A model generated the notes under the pieces. That model was not told where the DNA came from. It was given only the letters and a program-made list of their open reading frames with translations, and did no database searches. A program made the position numbers and the translations under genes. This document shows, in pieces, positions 45,485-55,210 of a stretch of 64,000 nucleotides of DNA (positions are counted from its first letter, which is position 1; the number at the start of each line of letters is the position of its first letter). The stretch is taken from NCBI GenBank assembly GCA_963797055.1, contig CAWCOD010000002.1:491598-555597 (forward strand), written 5' to 3'. This DNA comes from an uncultured Holophagae bacterium. Its GTDB lineage: Bacteria > Acidobacteriota > Thermoanaerobaculia > Thermoanaerobaculales > Sulfomarinibacteraceae.

Positions 45485-46822
45485 TCAGTTCAAGTACCCA
45501 AGTGACTCGAGCTGTTCCCGCGTTCCGGGATCGAGTCCCACCGACGGTGAGGTCATGGGATCGAGCCGTGGCCGGGTTTCGCGCCACGTTGCGAGTTCCT
45601 CTGCCAAGGCCTCGACGGTGGCCGGATGATCCCGTACGACATTATGTTTTTCACCGCTGTCATTCTCGAGGTCGAAGAGCTTGAAATTTGTCCATTTCCC
45701 GTTGGCGATCAACTTCCACCGCCGGGAGCGGACGCTGTAGATCTGGGTTCCGTACTGGGAGAAGACCCGCTGGTGCTGATCTTCCTCCGGCGGTTTGAGA
45801 AGATCTCGCCCCTCCATGATTCGAGGCGTATCGAGGCCGGCCCAAGCCAAAATCGTCGGAGCGATATCGACCGTACTGACGAGCGCCGGGTCGACCGTGC
45901 CGGCGGGCACGTTGGTTCCCCAGATGATGAGCGGGACGTGGATCAGCTCTTCAAATAGCGACCCACGGTGAAGCAGTCCTCCGTGGTCTCCGAATTCCTC
46001 GCCGTGGTCGGCGGTGATGATGACCAGAGCGTTATCCAAAAAACCGATGTCGGCGAGATCCTGAAAGAGGAGTCTCAAGGCGTCGTCCGTGTGTCGGATG
46101 CCTCGATCGTAGAGCGAAGCGAGACACTCGAAATCCTCGGGGGAGAGCTGGTCTCCGGCGTTGGCCTGGATGGGGACCATTGTTTCGGCAACCGGCTCGA
46201 TGGAGCACGTGTCAGGGCCGTAAAGGCCATCGTAGGAATCAGGGCTTTCGTAGGGGGAATGGACCTCATAGGTGTGGAACAGGGCAAATACGGGGCACTG
46301 TCCGGACATCAACTGCTGAAGGGTCCCGACGAGAGTCTCGGTGCCCTGTTCGACGGTCCTGGGTTGGTCCTCGAAGACGTCGAATCCCCTGGAAAACCCG
46401 AACTCGTCACCCATGTAACCACCCCCGGTCACGGCCGCCGTGGCCCATCCGTTGCGGCCGAGGATGTCCTGGAGAGTTTCCACTTCCGCCGGCAACCGGA
46501 GGTCCGGGGAGTGGCTGGTTTCGTCTGAAATGCCCACTCGATGGGTTTCCTGGTGGAGAGACGTCAACATTGTGGTGTGGGATGGCGGCGTTCCGTGCGT
46601 ATTGACGAAGGCGAGAGGGTACCTGGTCCCCTGTGACGCCAATTCGTCCAGAAATGGCGACGTGTCTCGCCCGTATTTCCAGGAACCGAGGTGGTCAGCT
46701 CGGAGGGCGTCGATCGAGATGAGCAGGACATTGCGGGGAGAGGGGGGTGTGGATTGCCCATCACAGCCTGCGGAAGCGATGACTGTGGCAAGCGCAATTG
46801 CTATCACGGTGATGCGTTGCAC
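45485..46822 (-). CDS. Sulfatase-like (alkaline phosphatase superfamily) lipoprotein
   Basis: ORF 45485..47119; GTG 46822 follows GGAGGG and gives VQRITVIAIALATVIASAGC (lipobox). NVLLISIDALRADHLG metal-binding motif. THGTPPSHTTMLTS occupies the position of the CxPSR sulfatase motif. Confidence 0.8.
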   Translation of the reverse strand: MQRITVIAIALATVIASAGCDGQSTPPSPRNVLLISIDALRADHLGSWKYGRDTSPFLDELASQGTRYPLAFVNTHGTPPSHTTMLTSLHQETHRVGISDETSHSPDLRLPAEVETLQDILGRNGWATAAVTGGGYMGDEFGFSRGFDVFEDQPRTVEQGTETLVGTLQQLMSGQCPVFALFHTYEVHSPYESPDSYDGLYGPDTCSIEPVAETMVPIQANAGDQLSPEDFECLASLYDRGIRHTDDALRLLFQDLADIGFLDNALVIITADHGEEFGDHGGLLHRGSLFEELIHVPLIIWGTNVPAGTVDPALVSTVDIAPTILAWAGLDTPRIMEGRDLLKPPEEDQHQRVFSQYGTQIYSVRSRRWKLIANGKWTNFKLFDLENDSGEKHNVVRDHPATVEALAEELATWRETRPRLDPMTSPSVGLDPGTREQLESLGYLN

Positions 46823-46953
46823 AGACACCCTCCAATCGGACTCAGGTAGTTTACCCGATAGCCCTGAAAGGCGGAGTTCGTGACTCGGGGCTCGGATTGG
46901 CAGGCGGACTCGTGCACGGGCACGGGCGCGGAGACGGGTCCACGCCGTCCGCA

Positions 46954-47049
46954 CCCGGGCGGGTGGAATCCGCAATTCACAATTCGCAATTCGCAATTCG
47001 CAATTCGAAATACGTATTACGTAATACGAAATGGTCGGGTGGGCGGGGG
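46954..47049. repeat. CCCGGGCGGGTGG / CAATTCG x5 and TACGTAA arrays / GGTCGGGTGGGCGGGGG
   Basis: Lies between the sulfatase-like gene and tmk, with a G-tract box on each side. Confidence 0.9.
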
Positions 47050-47063
47050 TTATACTCCCCCCC

Positions 47064-47699
47064 ATGCCACGTGGATGGTTCATCACATTCGAGGGCGGTG
47101 AGGGCACCGGAAAGAGCACTCAGATCGAACGGCTGGCAGGTCAACTGCGAAGCGCCGGGCGAGAGGTGGTGGTCACCCGGGAGCCGGGTGGGACTCCCAT
47201 TGCCGAAGCGGTGCGAGTCATACTGCTCGATCCTCGGTTCCAACCGGACGGCGTGGTGGAGGCCTTTCTCTATCAGGCGGCCCGGCGCGACCACGTGGAG
47301 ACCGTCGTGCGGCCGGCGGTGGAGCGCGGTGCGGTGGTGCTGAGCGATCGATTCGCCGACTCTTCGCTGGTCTACCAGGGACTGGCGCGGGGGGTGGGCT
47401 GGGATGAGGTGGAGCGCCTCAACATTCTGGCCACCGGGGGCCTGCAACCGGACCTTACAGTCGTTTTCGATCTCGACCCGCGGATCGGACTGGATCGGGC
47501 CCGGGGTCGGAACCTGGGCGGGAGCGGGAGTGAGAGTCGGCTCGACGAGGAGCCTCTGGCCTTCCACGAGCTGGTGCGGGCCGGGTTTCTCGAGCTCGCA
47601 GGCCGGTTTCCGGAGCGGGTGCGAGTCATCGACGCCGGCGGTGGTCCGGATGATGTCTTTGGTCGGCTGCTGGCTGCCCTGCCGGAGGGTTTGGCGTGA
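47064..47699 (+). CDS. tmk: Thymidylate kinase
   Basis: ORF 47031..47699; ATG 47064. P-loop FITFEGGEGTGKST, and DRFADSSLVYQG. Confidence 0.93.
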   Translation: MPRGWFITFEGGEGTGKSTQIERLAGQLRSAGREVVVTREPGGTPIAEAVRVILLDPRFQPDGVVEAFLYQAARRDHVETVVRPAVERGAVVLSDRFADSSLVYQGLARGVGWDEVERLNILATGGLQPDLTVVFDLDPRIGLDRARGRNLGGSGSESRLDEEPLAFHELVRAGFLELAGRFPERVRVIDAGGGPDDVFGRLLAALPEGLA

Positions 47700-48604
47700 G
47701 CTGGTGGCCGCCCGAGGTGATGGATCGTGAGCGATGGGGCCCATCGGTGGACGACGTCCTCGACCGGGTTGCGCGAGCTCGGCGCAAGGGGCGATTCCCG
47801 CAAGCGTTGCTCTTCGCCGGTCCTGCCGGCATGGGTCGTGAGCTGGCCGCCGTGGAGACCGCTGTGATGCTTGCCTGCGCGGACACCGATGCCCCGTGGA
47901 GCGAGGGCTCGTGCGCCGACAGGGTTCGGGCCGGTCACCACCCCGATGTCATGGCCGTTCTGCCGCAGGGTGCCGCCAAAAAGATCAAGATTGAACAGAT
48001 TCGGGAGGTTGTGGACAGCGCCCCGTCACGGCCGTACGAAGGGCGGCGGCGGGTCTGGATTCTTGATGGTGTGGAGACCGGCGGCCTGATTCCGGCCGCG
48101 GCGAATGCCTTCCTGAAGGTTCTCGAAGAGCCTCCGGAGCATGTGCGATTCTTGCTCTTGGCGGCCAACCCGACCGCCGTTCTGCCGACGATTCGGTCCC
48201 GCTGCCAACAGCTCTCCCTGCCGGGAACGGCGGCCGTCGCCCGCGGACTGGGTTTCGATGTGGCGCCGGGATTGGCCGGACCGGTCCTGGCCGGGCTCGA
48301 CCTGGACCGCTCCGTGGTCGATGCAAGGCGCGCCCTGCGCGAGGCTTTGGCCGGCGAGGTGCGGGGGCTGGTGCGGCTTCCGCAGCTGGTGCCGGAAGGT
48401 ATTGCGGGCACCGAGTTCGTCGCCGCGGTGGCCCTCGAGGAGGCGGGAAACGGCACCGATGTGGAGGACGGTTACGAGTTCTCCCGGTTGGCGGCGGATC
48501 TCCTGACGGCGGAACGAAGGGTTTTGGCGGTCGGGCTCAACCGCGACCGCCAGCTGCTGGCCACGCTCATGCGGTGGTTCCGCGAGCTTCCCCCGCGCGC
48601 ATAG
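47696..48604 (+). CDS. holB: DNA polymerase III delta-prime subunit
   Basis: Start/stop overlap with tmk. FAGPAGMGRELAA, AANAFLKVLEEPPEHVRFLLLA and LPTIRSRCQ. Confidence 0.85.
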   Translation: MSWWPPEVMDRERWGPSVDDVLDRVARARRKGRFPQALLFAGPAGMGRELAAVETAVMLACADTDAPWSEGSCADRVRAGHHPDVMAVLPQGAAKKIKIEQIREVVDSAPSRPYEGRRRVWILDGVETGGLIPAAANAFLKVLEEPPEHVRFLLLAANPTAVLPTIRSRCQQLSLPGTAAVARGLGFDVAPGLAGPVLAGLDLDRSVVDARRALREALAGEVRGLVRLPQLVPEGIAGTEFVAAVALEEAGNGTDVEDGYEFSRLAADLLTAERRVLAVGLNRDRQLLATLMRWFRELPPRA

Positions 48605-49218
48605 GCCGTCTCGATTTCTGCGATTGACTGACCCGGCCGGCGGCGGCTCGCTTCCAGCTTCGCGCTCGGCCCTTCGCCGTGACAGATCGCTCGCCCCGGG
48701 AGTTTCCCCGGCGGCGGCGAGCTGTGCTCGCCCCCCGCTCTCGGTGACCCCACCCCTCCGAACACGAGTGTTCGTCGGTGTGGGATCACCTCGATCGGGC
48801 GCGGACTGCGTCCGCGCCGCCGAGCATGGTGTGGTGAGTAGCCCCTTCACTCTTTGTTGGGTTTCATCGCGCCAAGCGCCGCCCCTCTCGCCGCGTGTAT
48901 CACCCGCGCCTGCGTCGGGATGACCAGACGGTCTATCCCTCCTTGTCGCGGGCTCACACTGCACCGAGAGGGACACCTTTGGCGCGATACGCTGTGCTGG
49001 GCACATCGGGGCCCAGGTGCTTCCGAGGGGAGGGAGTCGGCCCGTGCTCAGCCAATGACGGCTTCGCACTGAGGCTCGAGTTCGCTTACGGGCTTCTGCT
49101 GCGGCCCGCGATGGAGGGCCATCTGGGCCGCATTCGCGAACCATCTGGCCATCCCTCGCGGCCCTCGCGACGAAGCCCTTCGCTCGTCGAGCCGCCGACC
49201 ATGCTCGATCGTTTTGCC

Positions 49219-49307
49219 GGTGCCAGGGCCGACACTTTTGGCACTCTTGTCATGTCATGACATAGATCCACGTGACTCAAGCGGTCGTAAGTGTCGGCCC
49301 TGGCACC
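49219..49307. repeat. 19-bp perfect inverted repeat hairpin built on the split GGTGCCAGG/CCTGGCACC core
   Basis: GGTGCCAGGGCCGACACTT, a 51-nt lower-GC loop containing TGTCATGTCATGACA, then AAGTGTCGGCCCTGGCACC. Confidence 0.85.
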
Positions 49308-49339
49308 GGGACCTGGCACGGGACCCGACGCGCCCATCT

Positions 49340-49530
49340 CCCAACCGCGCTCCCCGCGGTTGCCACCCTCGCATTCCGATCTCCATGTCGGTGCCAGGCA
49401 CCGCCGCAGATGTAGCGACCTCGTACTCCGATTCGATTTCGACGGTGCCTGGCACCGGCCCGCGCGTATTGGATGCGCTCCAGAACAGCACGCCCGCCCA
49501 TCGCGCCCCTCACTCCTGGTGGGTGGGGGA
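49340..49530 (-). repeat. Dispersed repeat family A, copy 4 (inverted)
   Basis: Reverse complement of the 5313..5490 consensus. Arms at 49390..49402 and 49444..49456. Confidence 0.85.
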
Positions 49531-49624
49531 TCTTCGTCCTCCATTCGGTAACGGCAACGATAACGGGCTCGGGCTCGGAGACGGAGTCGGGGTTGGGCCG
49601 TATACACTTTCAACACCATCTACA

Positions 49625-49737
49625 GCGGGCGGGCGGGGAATCTGCAATCTGCAATCTGCAATCTGTAATCTATCGCAATTCGAAATGGGCGGGTGGGGGT
49701 TCTCAAAGCCCTATAGCCCGGGCGGGTGGGTGGCGGC
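49625..49737. repeat. GCGGGCGGGCGGGG / AATCTGC x4 array / GGGCGGGTGGGGG / CCCGGGCGGGTGGGTGGCGG
   Basis: Three G-tract boxes and one array, ending 30 nt before the SSS transporter start. Confidence 0.9.
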
Positions 49738-49768
49738 TACAATAGCGCCGCACCTGGAGGGCACCCCA

Positions 49769-51250
49769 ATGGGAGAGACATTCGTACCCTGGCTCCTGTT
49801 CCTCGTCTACGTCCTGACGATCATCGGCCTGACCTGGTGGAATCGCCGCAAGTCGTCGACGATGAGTGATTTTGCCGTCGGCAGTCGGAGCGTTCCGCCG
49901 TTTTTTGTCGGCCTGTCCCTGGCGGCCAATATGACGTCCGTGGCCACCTTCGTGATCAACCCGGGGTTGGTGCACGCGTATGGTTGGGCCGGTGTCATGG
50001 GTTATGGGGTTGCGGCGCCGCTGGGGATCTTTCTGGGCCTGATCGTGATGACCAAGAAGTTCCGCCGAGTTGGCGAACAGGTCACCGCTCTGACGATCCC
50101 CCAATGGATTGGCGACCGTTACGGCGACCGAAGGCTGACGGTCTTTTTTGCCGTTGTGAGTCTGCTCCAGGTCACCTTCCTGGTGCTCATCGTCACCGCG
50201 GTCTCGTTGGTTCTGATGGCGGTGCTCGAACTCCCCATGTTGATCGCTCTCACCATCGTGATCGGATTCACCTTTGCGTACATCTTCTTTGGTGGGGCGA
50301 GCGTCCACGTATGGTCCAACAGCGTCCAGGCCATCACCATGGTGGTCGTGGCCGGTCTATTGGTCGCCTCAGGATCCGAGTTCTTCGCCGACGGCGTCGG
50401 CGGCTTTTTCGAACGACTGGCAGCGGTGGGGCCGTACTATGCCGATGTCACAAATCCGGACAGCCTCCTGTTCCGTGATCTGTTCGAAGTCCTGGTGGCC
50501 AACTTCATTATTGGCATCGCGATCATCATGCAGCCCCACATCATGTCGAAGGCGCTGTATCTGAGGTCGGAACGGGACGTCAATCGCTACCTGATCACGG
50601 CCATGGTGGCCGGCACGATCTTCACCTCGGTCTTGCTCGTCGGTCTTTTCGCCCAACTGACCCTCGGTGGCGATATCGCACCCGACCATGTGGTGGCGAC
50701 CTACATCGCCACCGACTTCGCCCCCGGTTTGCGGGCCCTGATCATGCTGGGTGTCTTGGCGGCGGGCTTCTCGACCCTCGAAGGGGTGATTCTCGCGCTG
50801 TCGACCATCTTCGCCAATGATCTCTACGCCCCGTTGGCCGGCTTCGCCGGAGTTGATATCGATCGAATCACCGCCCGTCTTCTGCCGGTGGGTCGGATCT
50901 TTCTGGTGGCCCTGGCGCCGATCACCTTCGTGCTGGCCAGGGATCAGATCCTGGATCCTTCTCTGTCGGTGGCGATTTTCGCGCAGAACGGCATATATGG
51001 GCTCTTTGCGGCCACCTTCGCCCCGGTGCTGTTCGGCATGTTCAGCCAGCGGGCGACCAAGGGCCTGGCGTTGACCGCCGCGGTGGCGGCGCTGGTGATC
51101 CATTTCGGCATGTACTACGGCAAGATCACCATGTACCACAACAACCCGGCGGTACCCGCCGCCACGGCGCTCGTGGTGTCCACGTTGATCATGGCAGTCG
51201 GCGTCGCGTTTGCCAGGCCCGCTCAGGCTGAGGAGGGCGTTACACGTTAA
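49769..51250 (+). CDS. Sodium:solute symporter (SSS) family transporter
   Basis: ORF 49214..51250. The 5' 555 nt is repeat sequence. ATG 49769 gives MGETFVPWLLFLVYVLTIIGLTWWNRRK. About 13 TM helices. Confidence 0.85.
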   Translation: MGETFVPWLLFLVYVLTIIGLTWWNRRKSSTMSDFAVGSRSVPPFFVGLSLAANMTSVATFVINPGLVHAYGWAGVMGYGVAAPLGIFLGLIVMTKKFRRVGEQVTALTIPQWIGDRYGDRRLTVFFAVVSLLQVTFLVLIVTAVSLVLMAVLELPMLIALTIVIGFTFAYIFFGGASVHVWSNSVQAITMVVVAGLLVASGSEFFADGVGGFFERLAAVGPYYADVTNPDSLLFRDLFEVLVANFIIGIAIIMQPHIMSKALYLRSERDVNRYLITAMVAGTIFTSVLLVGLFAQLTLGGDIAPDHVVATYIATDFAPGLRALIMLGVLAAGFSTLEGVILALSTIFANDLYAPLAGFAGVDIDRITARLLPVGRIFLVALAPITFVLARDQILDPSLSVAIFAQNGIYGLFAATFAPVLFGMFSQRATKGLALTAAVAALVIHFGMYYGKITMYHNNPAVPAATALVVSTLIMAVGVAFARPAQAEEGVTR

Positions 51251-51318
51251 ACGTTAAAAGTCAGACGTTTAAAGCCGAACGCTCAACGCAGGCTCTCTCG
51301 AAGATTCCCTTCGCGAAT

Positions 51319-51365
51319 CCGGGTGGGCGGGCGGAACGTTGAACGTGCAACGTTCAACGTGTAAC
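51319..51365. repeat. CCGGGTGGGCGGGCGG plus GAACGTT/CAACGTG array
   Basis: Box, then AACGTTGAACGTGCAACGTTCAACGTGTAAC. A related ACGTTAA array is at 51243..51290. Confidence 0.9.
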
Positions 51366-51373
51366 TCAGGACC

Positions 51374-53119
51374 CTACCGTCGTCGGATCAATCCATACCG
51401 CGTGGCGCAGTCGATCCGGACCTCCAGCGGAGTCGGTACGCGTACGTGGCGTATGTGGCGGCTCTCCCAGATCGAAGGCTGTTGGTCGAGCCAATCCCAA
51501 TCGATTCGGCCCGAGCCGTCGTGCTCCACGGACATGTAGAGCACCCGGTTGCTGAGCAGGCGATGAAAGAAATGAGTGCCGTGACTGAGCATGGTCGGGG
51601 CATCCGGCAGCGTTGCCTCGACGATCACCCGGGCCGCCGAGATCTGGCCCCACGCCACGGGCACGCCGAATCGGTCATCGGTGGTCCCCCATCGACCGAG
51701 GCCGATAAAGATCCCTCGTCGGTTCTCCTCCACAAGCCCCCGGTTGACGGCGTCGAGCTCCGACACCATCGCCCGCGTGGAACCCCGATCGAAATTCTGA
51801 GGGCGTGTGTAGACGATGTCGGTGAGGTCATCGCGTGACCCGTGACCGAGGCAGTTGTCCGACGCCACAACGATGTCGGAACCCTCGAGATCGACCTCCT
51901 CCACCGGTGATCGCTCTCCGGGTGTGAGCATGGGTCGAACCTGAAGGAAGGCCACCTCCATGGGCAGGGCCCGCTTGGGATCGAGATTGACTGCAACCTC
52001 GATTTCTGCTTCGCCGTTGAGCGCGTTGCACGAGAGTTCGAGGAGGTTCTCCATCAGTGGGGTGAACGGTATGGACCGAGATTCGAGCAGGGGAGCGAAG
52101 GTCAGGACGCGGGGACCCCGACCGCTGATCCCGGACCGAAGCTGGTCGGACGACGCGTCATAGGTCGAGGCGAGGTGGGTCAGGGTGCCGTCGGCCTCGG
52201 CGTCGGACAGGCTCTGCCGGAGCAGGCAGGCCGACTCCCGCATCGGGTCAGGTGGCGGTGGATCGCCCACATTGACCGCCCAGAACCTGGTCTGCGTGTA
52301 CTTGAGCAGGTCGGCGTTGCTCTTGAATGGAGGCGGGGCGAGCGGCCGGTGGGGGCAGTAGCTCCAGATGTGTTCGCCGTCGGAGATGGTCTTTCCGAGA
52401 CCGAGGGCGAGCGACACGACGCCGTCCTCGCGTTTGTTTCCCGGCACCGGATAGTGATTGTAGGATCTGGCGAGGGCCGACAGGGTCGGATAAAAGCGCT
52501 TTCCATATTGGCGGCCCGTGATCTCTTGGAGGACAACGGCCATCTTCTCGTCGTCGTCGCCGAATCCTGCCGCCCTCCGCGACACGACGGCGCTGCTGAA
52601 AAACGCCGAGGCCCAGGCGAGCTTGATCGCCCCCGAAAGACGACGGTACCGGGCATCATCGCTTTGCTCGGTATTCGGGATCATCTTCGAGGTGTAGACG
52701 CAGGCGAACGCTCGCTGGTGGACTTCCTCGAGATAGCTCGAAGGGCGAACCGCAAGCGGGTTTCGCAGGACGGTGAGCACGCTTCGGAGTTTCTGCCGAA
52801 TTTCTTCTGACTGATTCGCCCGCTGGAACTCCTTGGCGATCTGATTATCCGAGAGCCCTTCGTGCACCGTGTTCCAGAGGTGGTTTCGGTCCATGAACTC
52901 CAGAAAGACATCGACGGCGACCACAACCGCCCGCGGTACCAGCACCGTCACGCCCTCGAACTGGTCTGGATCGAAACGGGAGAGGATCTCCCTTTCGATC
53001 TGTAGCAGACCCAAGGCCTTGCCGCCGAGACTTCCGCTTCCCAGCCGAGCGATGGTGTGGTCGGTGCCGAAGGTCTCGGCGTCGAATTCGGGCGTGTCTG
53101 AATCCACGGTTGTGTTCAT
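51374..53119 (-). CDS. PEP/pyruvate-binding (PPDK_N-like ATP-grasp) domain protein
   Basis: ORF 51374..53149; ATG 53119. IARLGSGSLGGKALGL is typical of the PPDK/PpsA N-terminal domain. No phosphohistidine swivel domain or PEP-utilising C-terminal domain is recognisable. Confidence 0.75.
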   Translation of the reverse strand: MNTTVDSDTPEFDAETFGTDHTIARLGSGSLGGKALGLLQIEREILSRFDPDQFEGVTVLVPRAVVVAVDVFLEFMDRNHLWNTVHEGLSDNQIAKEFQRANQSEEIRQKLRSVLTVLRNPLAVRPSSYLEEVHQRAFACVYTSKMIPNTEQSDDARYRRLSGAIKLAWASAFFSSAVVSRRAAGFGDDDEKMAVVLQEITGRQYGKRFYPTLSALARSYNHYPVPGNKREDGVVSLALGLGKTISDGEHIWSYCPHRPLAPPPFKSNADLLKYTQTRFWAVNVGDPPPPDPMRESACLLRQSLSDAEADGTLTHLASTYDASSDQLRSGISGRGPRVLTFAPLLESRSIPFTPLMENLLELSCNALNGEAEIEVAVNLDPKRALPMEVAFLQVRPMLTPGERSPVEEVDLEGSDIVVASDNCLGHGSRDDLTDIVYTRPQNFDRGSTRAMVSELDAVNRGLVEENRRGIFIGLGRWGTTDDRFGVPVAWGQISAARVIVEATLPDAPTMLSHGTHFFHRLLSNRVLYMSVEHDGSGRIDWDWLDQQPSIWESRHIRHVRVPTPLEVRIDCATRYGLIRRR

Positions 53120-53178
53120 GGATGCAGCCTCGCGCTGCCGGCGCGCCATGTCAATACTCAGTTCATGAAATTCAGGGC

Positions 53179-53207
53179 TTGACGTGGTCTTCGGGGTGGA
53201 ATAAATT
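53179..53207 (+). promoter_or_regulatory. Sigma70-like promoter candidate for the radical SAM gene
   Basis: TTGACG, a 17-nt spacer, then TAAATT. It sits in a locally AT-richer divergent intergenic region about 90 nt upstream of ATG 53299. Confidence 0.35.
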
Positions 53208-53298
53208 GAGAAACAGTTGCATTTTCGGGGTAGCGACGATGCGAGACTGTGGATCGTGCCGCGTTCATCGCGGGGGCGGCAGCCGCCCAGGGGTTAGG

Positions 53299-54733
53299 AT
53301 GAAATCGATACGAGTTCTGTTCGTCAATGCGGTCAACCCGTATGTGGAGGCCCAGAATCGCTATCCGGCGCTGGGTCTGGGATATCTCATCGCCACCCTC
53401 CGGCGGGAGTTCGGTGATCGGGTCCAGATGCAGCTCATCGAGGACGATGTCGAGGAAACCTTGCGCGACATGGCGGCCCGACCTGCTCGCCATTTCATCG
53501 GTTTCGCAGAACTTCAACCTCGCCAAGGCCTATGCGTGTTTGGGGCGCGCCGCGGGTGTTCCTGTCGTCGTTGGCGGGTACCACGTCACCGAGCTTCCCA
53601 ATTCCCTCACCGCTGAAATGGACGTCGGAGTCATTGGTGAAGGCGAGCACGCCATCTGCGAGCTGGTCCAGCTCTTCCTCGACGAGGGCGGACTGCCACA
53701 GGACAAGCTGGCGGAGATCGCAGGACTGGTGTTCCGAACCAACGGAGAGACTGTCCTCACTCCGCCGCGAGAGGTCATTGGGAAAAACGGCAAGACCCTC
53801 GACGAGCTGCCCATGCCGGACCGATCCATGATGAGGGTCCGACCCCACTCCAACATGCTGACCTCGCGGGGCTGTCCCTACAACTGCACCTTCTGCGCAT
53901 CGACTCGTTTCTGGCCCAACATCCGCTATTTCTCTCCCGAGGCCATGATCGAGGAGGTCAAACACCTGCGCGACAACTACGGTGTCCGCTACATCACGTT
54001 TCACGATGATCTCTTCATCGCCAACGTCAAGCGGCTCGAGGGATTTCACGAGCTGGTGTTGCGCGAGGGTCTGCCCAAACAGGGATTCCGCTTCTCGTGC
54101 GCCTCTTCGGCCACCAGGATCACCGATGACATGGCACGGATGCTCAAGGAGATGAACTTCGTGTCGGTCTCCATGGGCCTGGAGTCCGGCAATCAAGAGG
54201 TGCTGACCAGACTCAAGGGCCGGGCCTTCAAGGTGGACACCAACGAGAACGCCGTTCGGACCCTCCATTCGCACGGCATCCACCCCCACGCCTCCTTCAT
54301 CATCGGTGAACCCCAGGAGACCCTGGAACAGATGGAGGAGACCTACCAGTTCATCAAGCGCAACCCGTTGTCGCTGGTGAACATCTACGTGTTGACTCCT
54401 CTCCCCGGGACGCCGGTCTGGCACGACGCCAAGGCCAAGGGTCTGGTTTCGGACGATATGGACTGGGACCTCCTCAACATTTCCTTCGAGTTGGATTGGC
54501 AGCGGGTCATCCTGGTCTCTGACGTCGTTGACCGTCAGGACCTTCACGGCATGTATCAGCGATTGCGCCGGCTCCGGCTGGTCAAGTACGGCAAGGCGCT
54601 GGCCACCCACCCGTTCCAGATGGATCTCGCCGAGTACGGCAGGGCCAAGGCCGTGGAGTGGGCCTACCGGCTGAAGACCGCCGTGACCGCAAGGGGCGGA
54701 CCCATCAACTCCGGGTTGAAGAAGGTGTCGTAG
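53299..54733 (+). CDS. B12-binding domain radical SAM protein (frameshift near 53475)
   Basis: The N-terminus MKSIRVLFVNAVNPYVEAQNRYPALGLGYLIATLRREFG lies in the frame of ORF 53110. It continues as RPDLLAISSVSQNF ... VVVGGYHVT in ORF 53327..54733. Radical SAM motif CPYNCTFC. Confidence 0.85.
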
Positions 54734-54800
54734 CCCCCCCGCCCGCCCGACCAATTGCAGATTGCAGATTGCGAATTGCGGATTCCGCCCACCCGCCCGG
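54734..54800. repeat. CCCCCCCGCCCGCCCG / ATTGCAG array / CCGCCCACCCGCCCGG
   Basis: Same array type and box arrangement as 35072..35137. Starts at the stop codon of the radical SAM gene. Confidence 0.9.
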
Positions 54801-54889
54801 ATCGTGAGAGGTTGTGATGGGCGGGCGTGCCGTCCAAGGGAGTTGAAAGTCCAAAGTCAACAGTTGAATGTCCCCACCCGCCCAACCGA

Positions 54890-54990
54890 AGCGAAAGGGC
54901 GCATTGGTCGGGCGTGCCGTCTTTGACATTGTTGGGAACCAAGGTGCTGGCAAACTCATCCCGTGGGGTCCCAACAATGTCTAAGGGGGC
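54890..54990 (-). repeat. Dispersed repeat family D, copy 2
   Basis: Inverted copy of 44755..44850. Confidence 0.8.
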
Positions 54991-55210
54991 TCCCTCGGGG
55001 AGCGCCTCGGGGAGATGGGCGCGACGAAGGAACTGAAATCCATGATTGAACTCGGATTCCTGTCGCGCCCATACGCTCCAGGGAGATTGGCGCGCGGAAA
55101 CCGACGAACCGAACCGAACGCGCGGGAGTTGTGGTGCGGCCGTCTCGGCTGCATTTTTGGTTTGATTGACCGCACGAAAGCAGGCCAGAAGCCCGCTCCA
55201 CAGCGATGAA

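Noticed and set aside
48026-49144. A 372-aa minus-strand ORF covering the holB 3' end and the unique noncoding stretch.
   Set aside because: It is antisense to holB for half its length, has a low-complexity Arg/Gly/Pro-rich translation, and has no motif or RBS.
53208-53298. A cobalamin riboswitch upstream of the B12-binding radical SAM gene.
   Set aside because: The leader is only about 85 nt and lacks the B12 box (GCCACTG-like) and the conserved multi-stem core.
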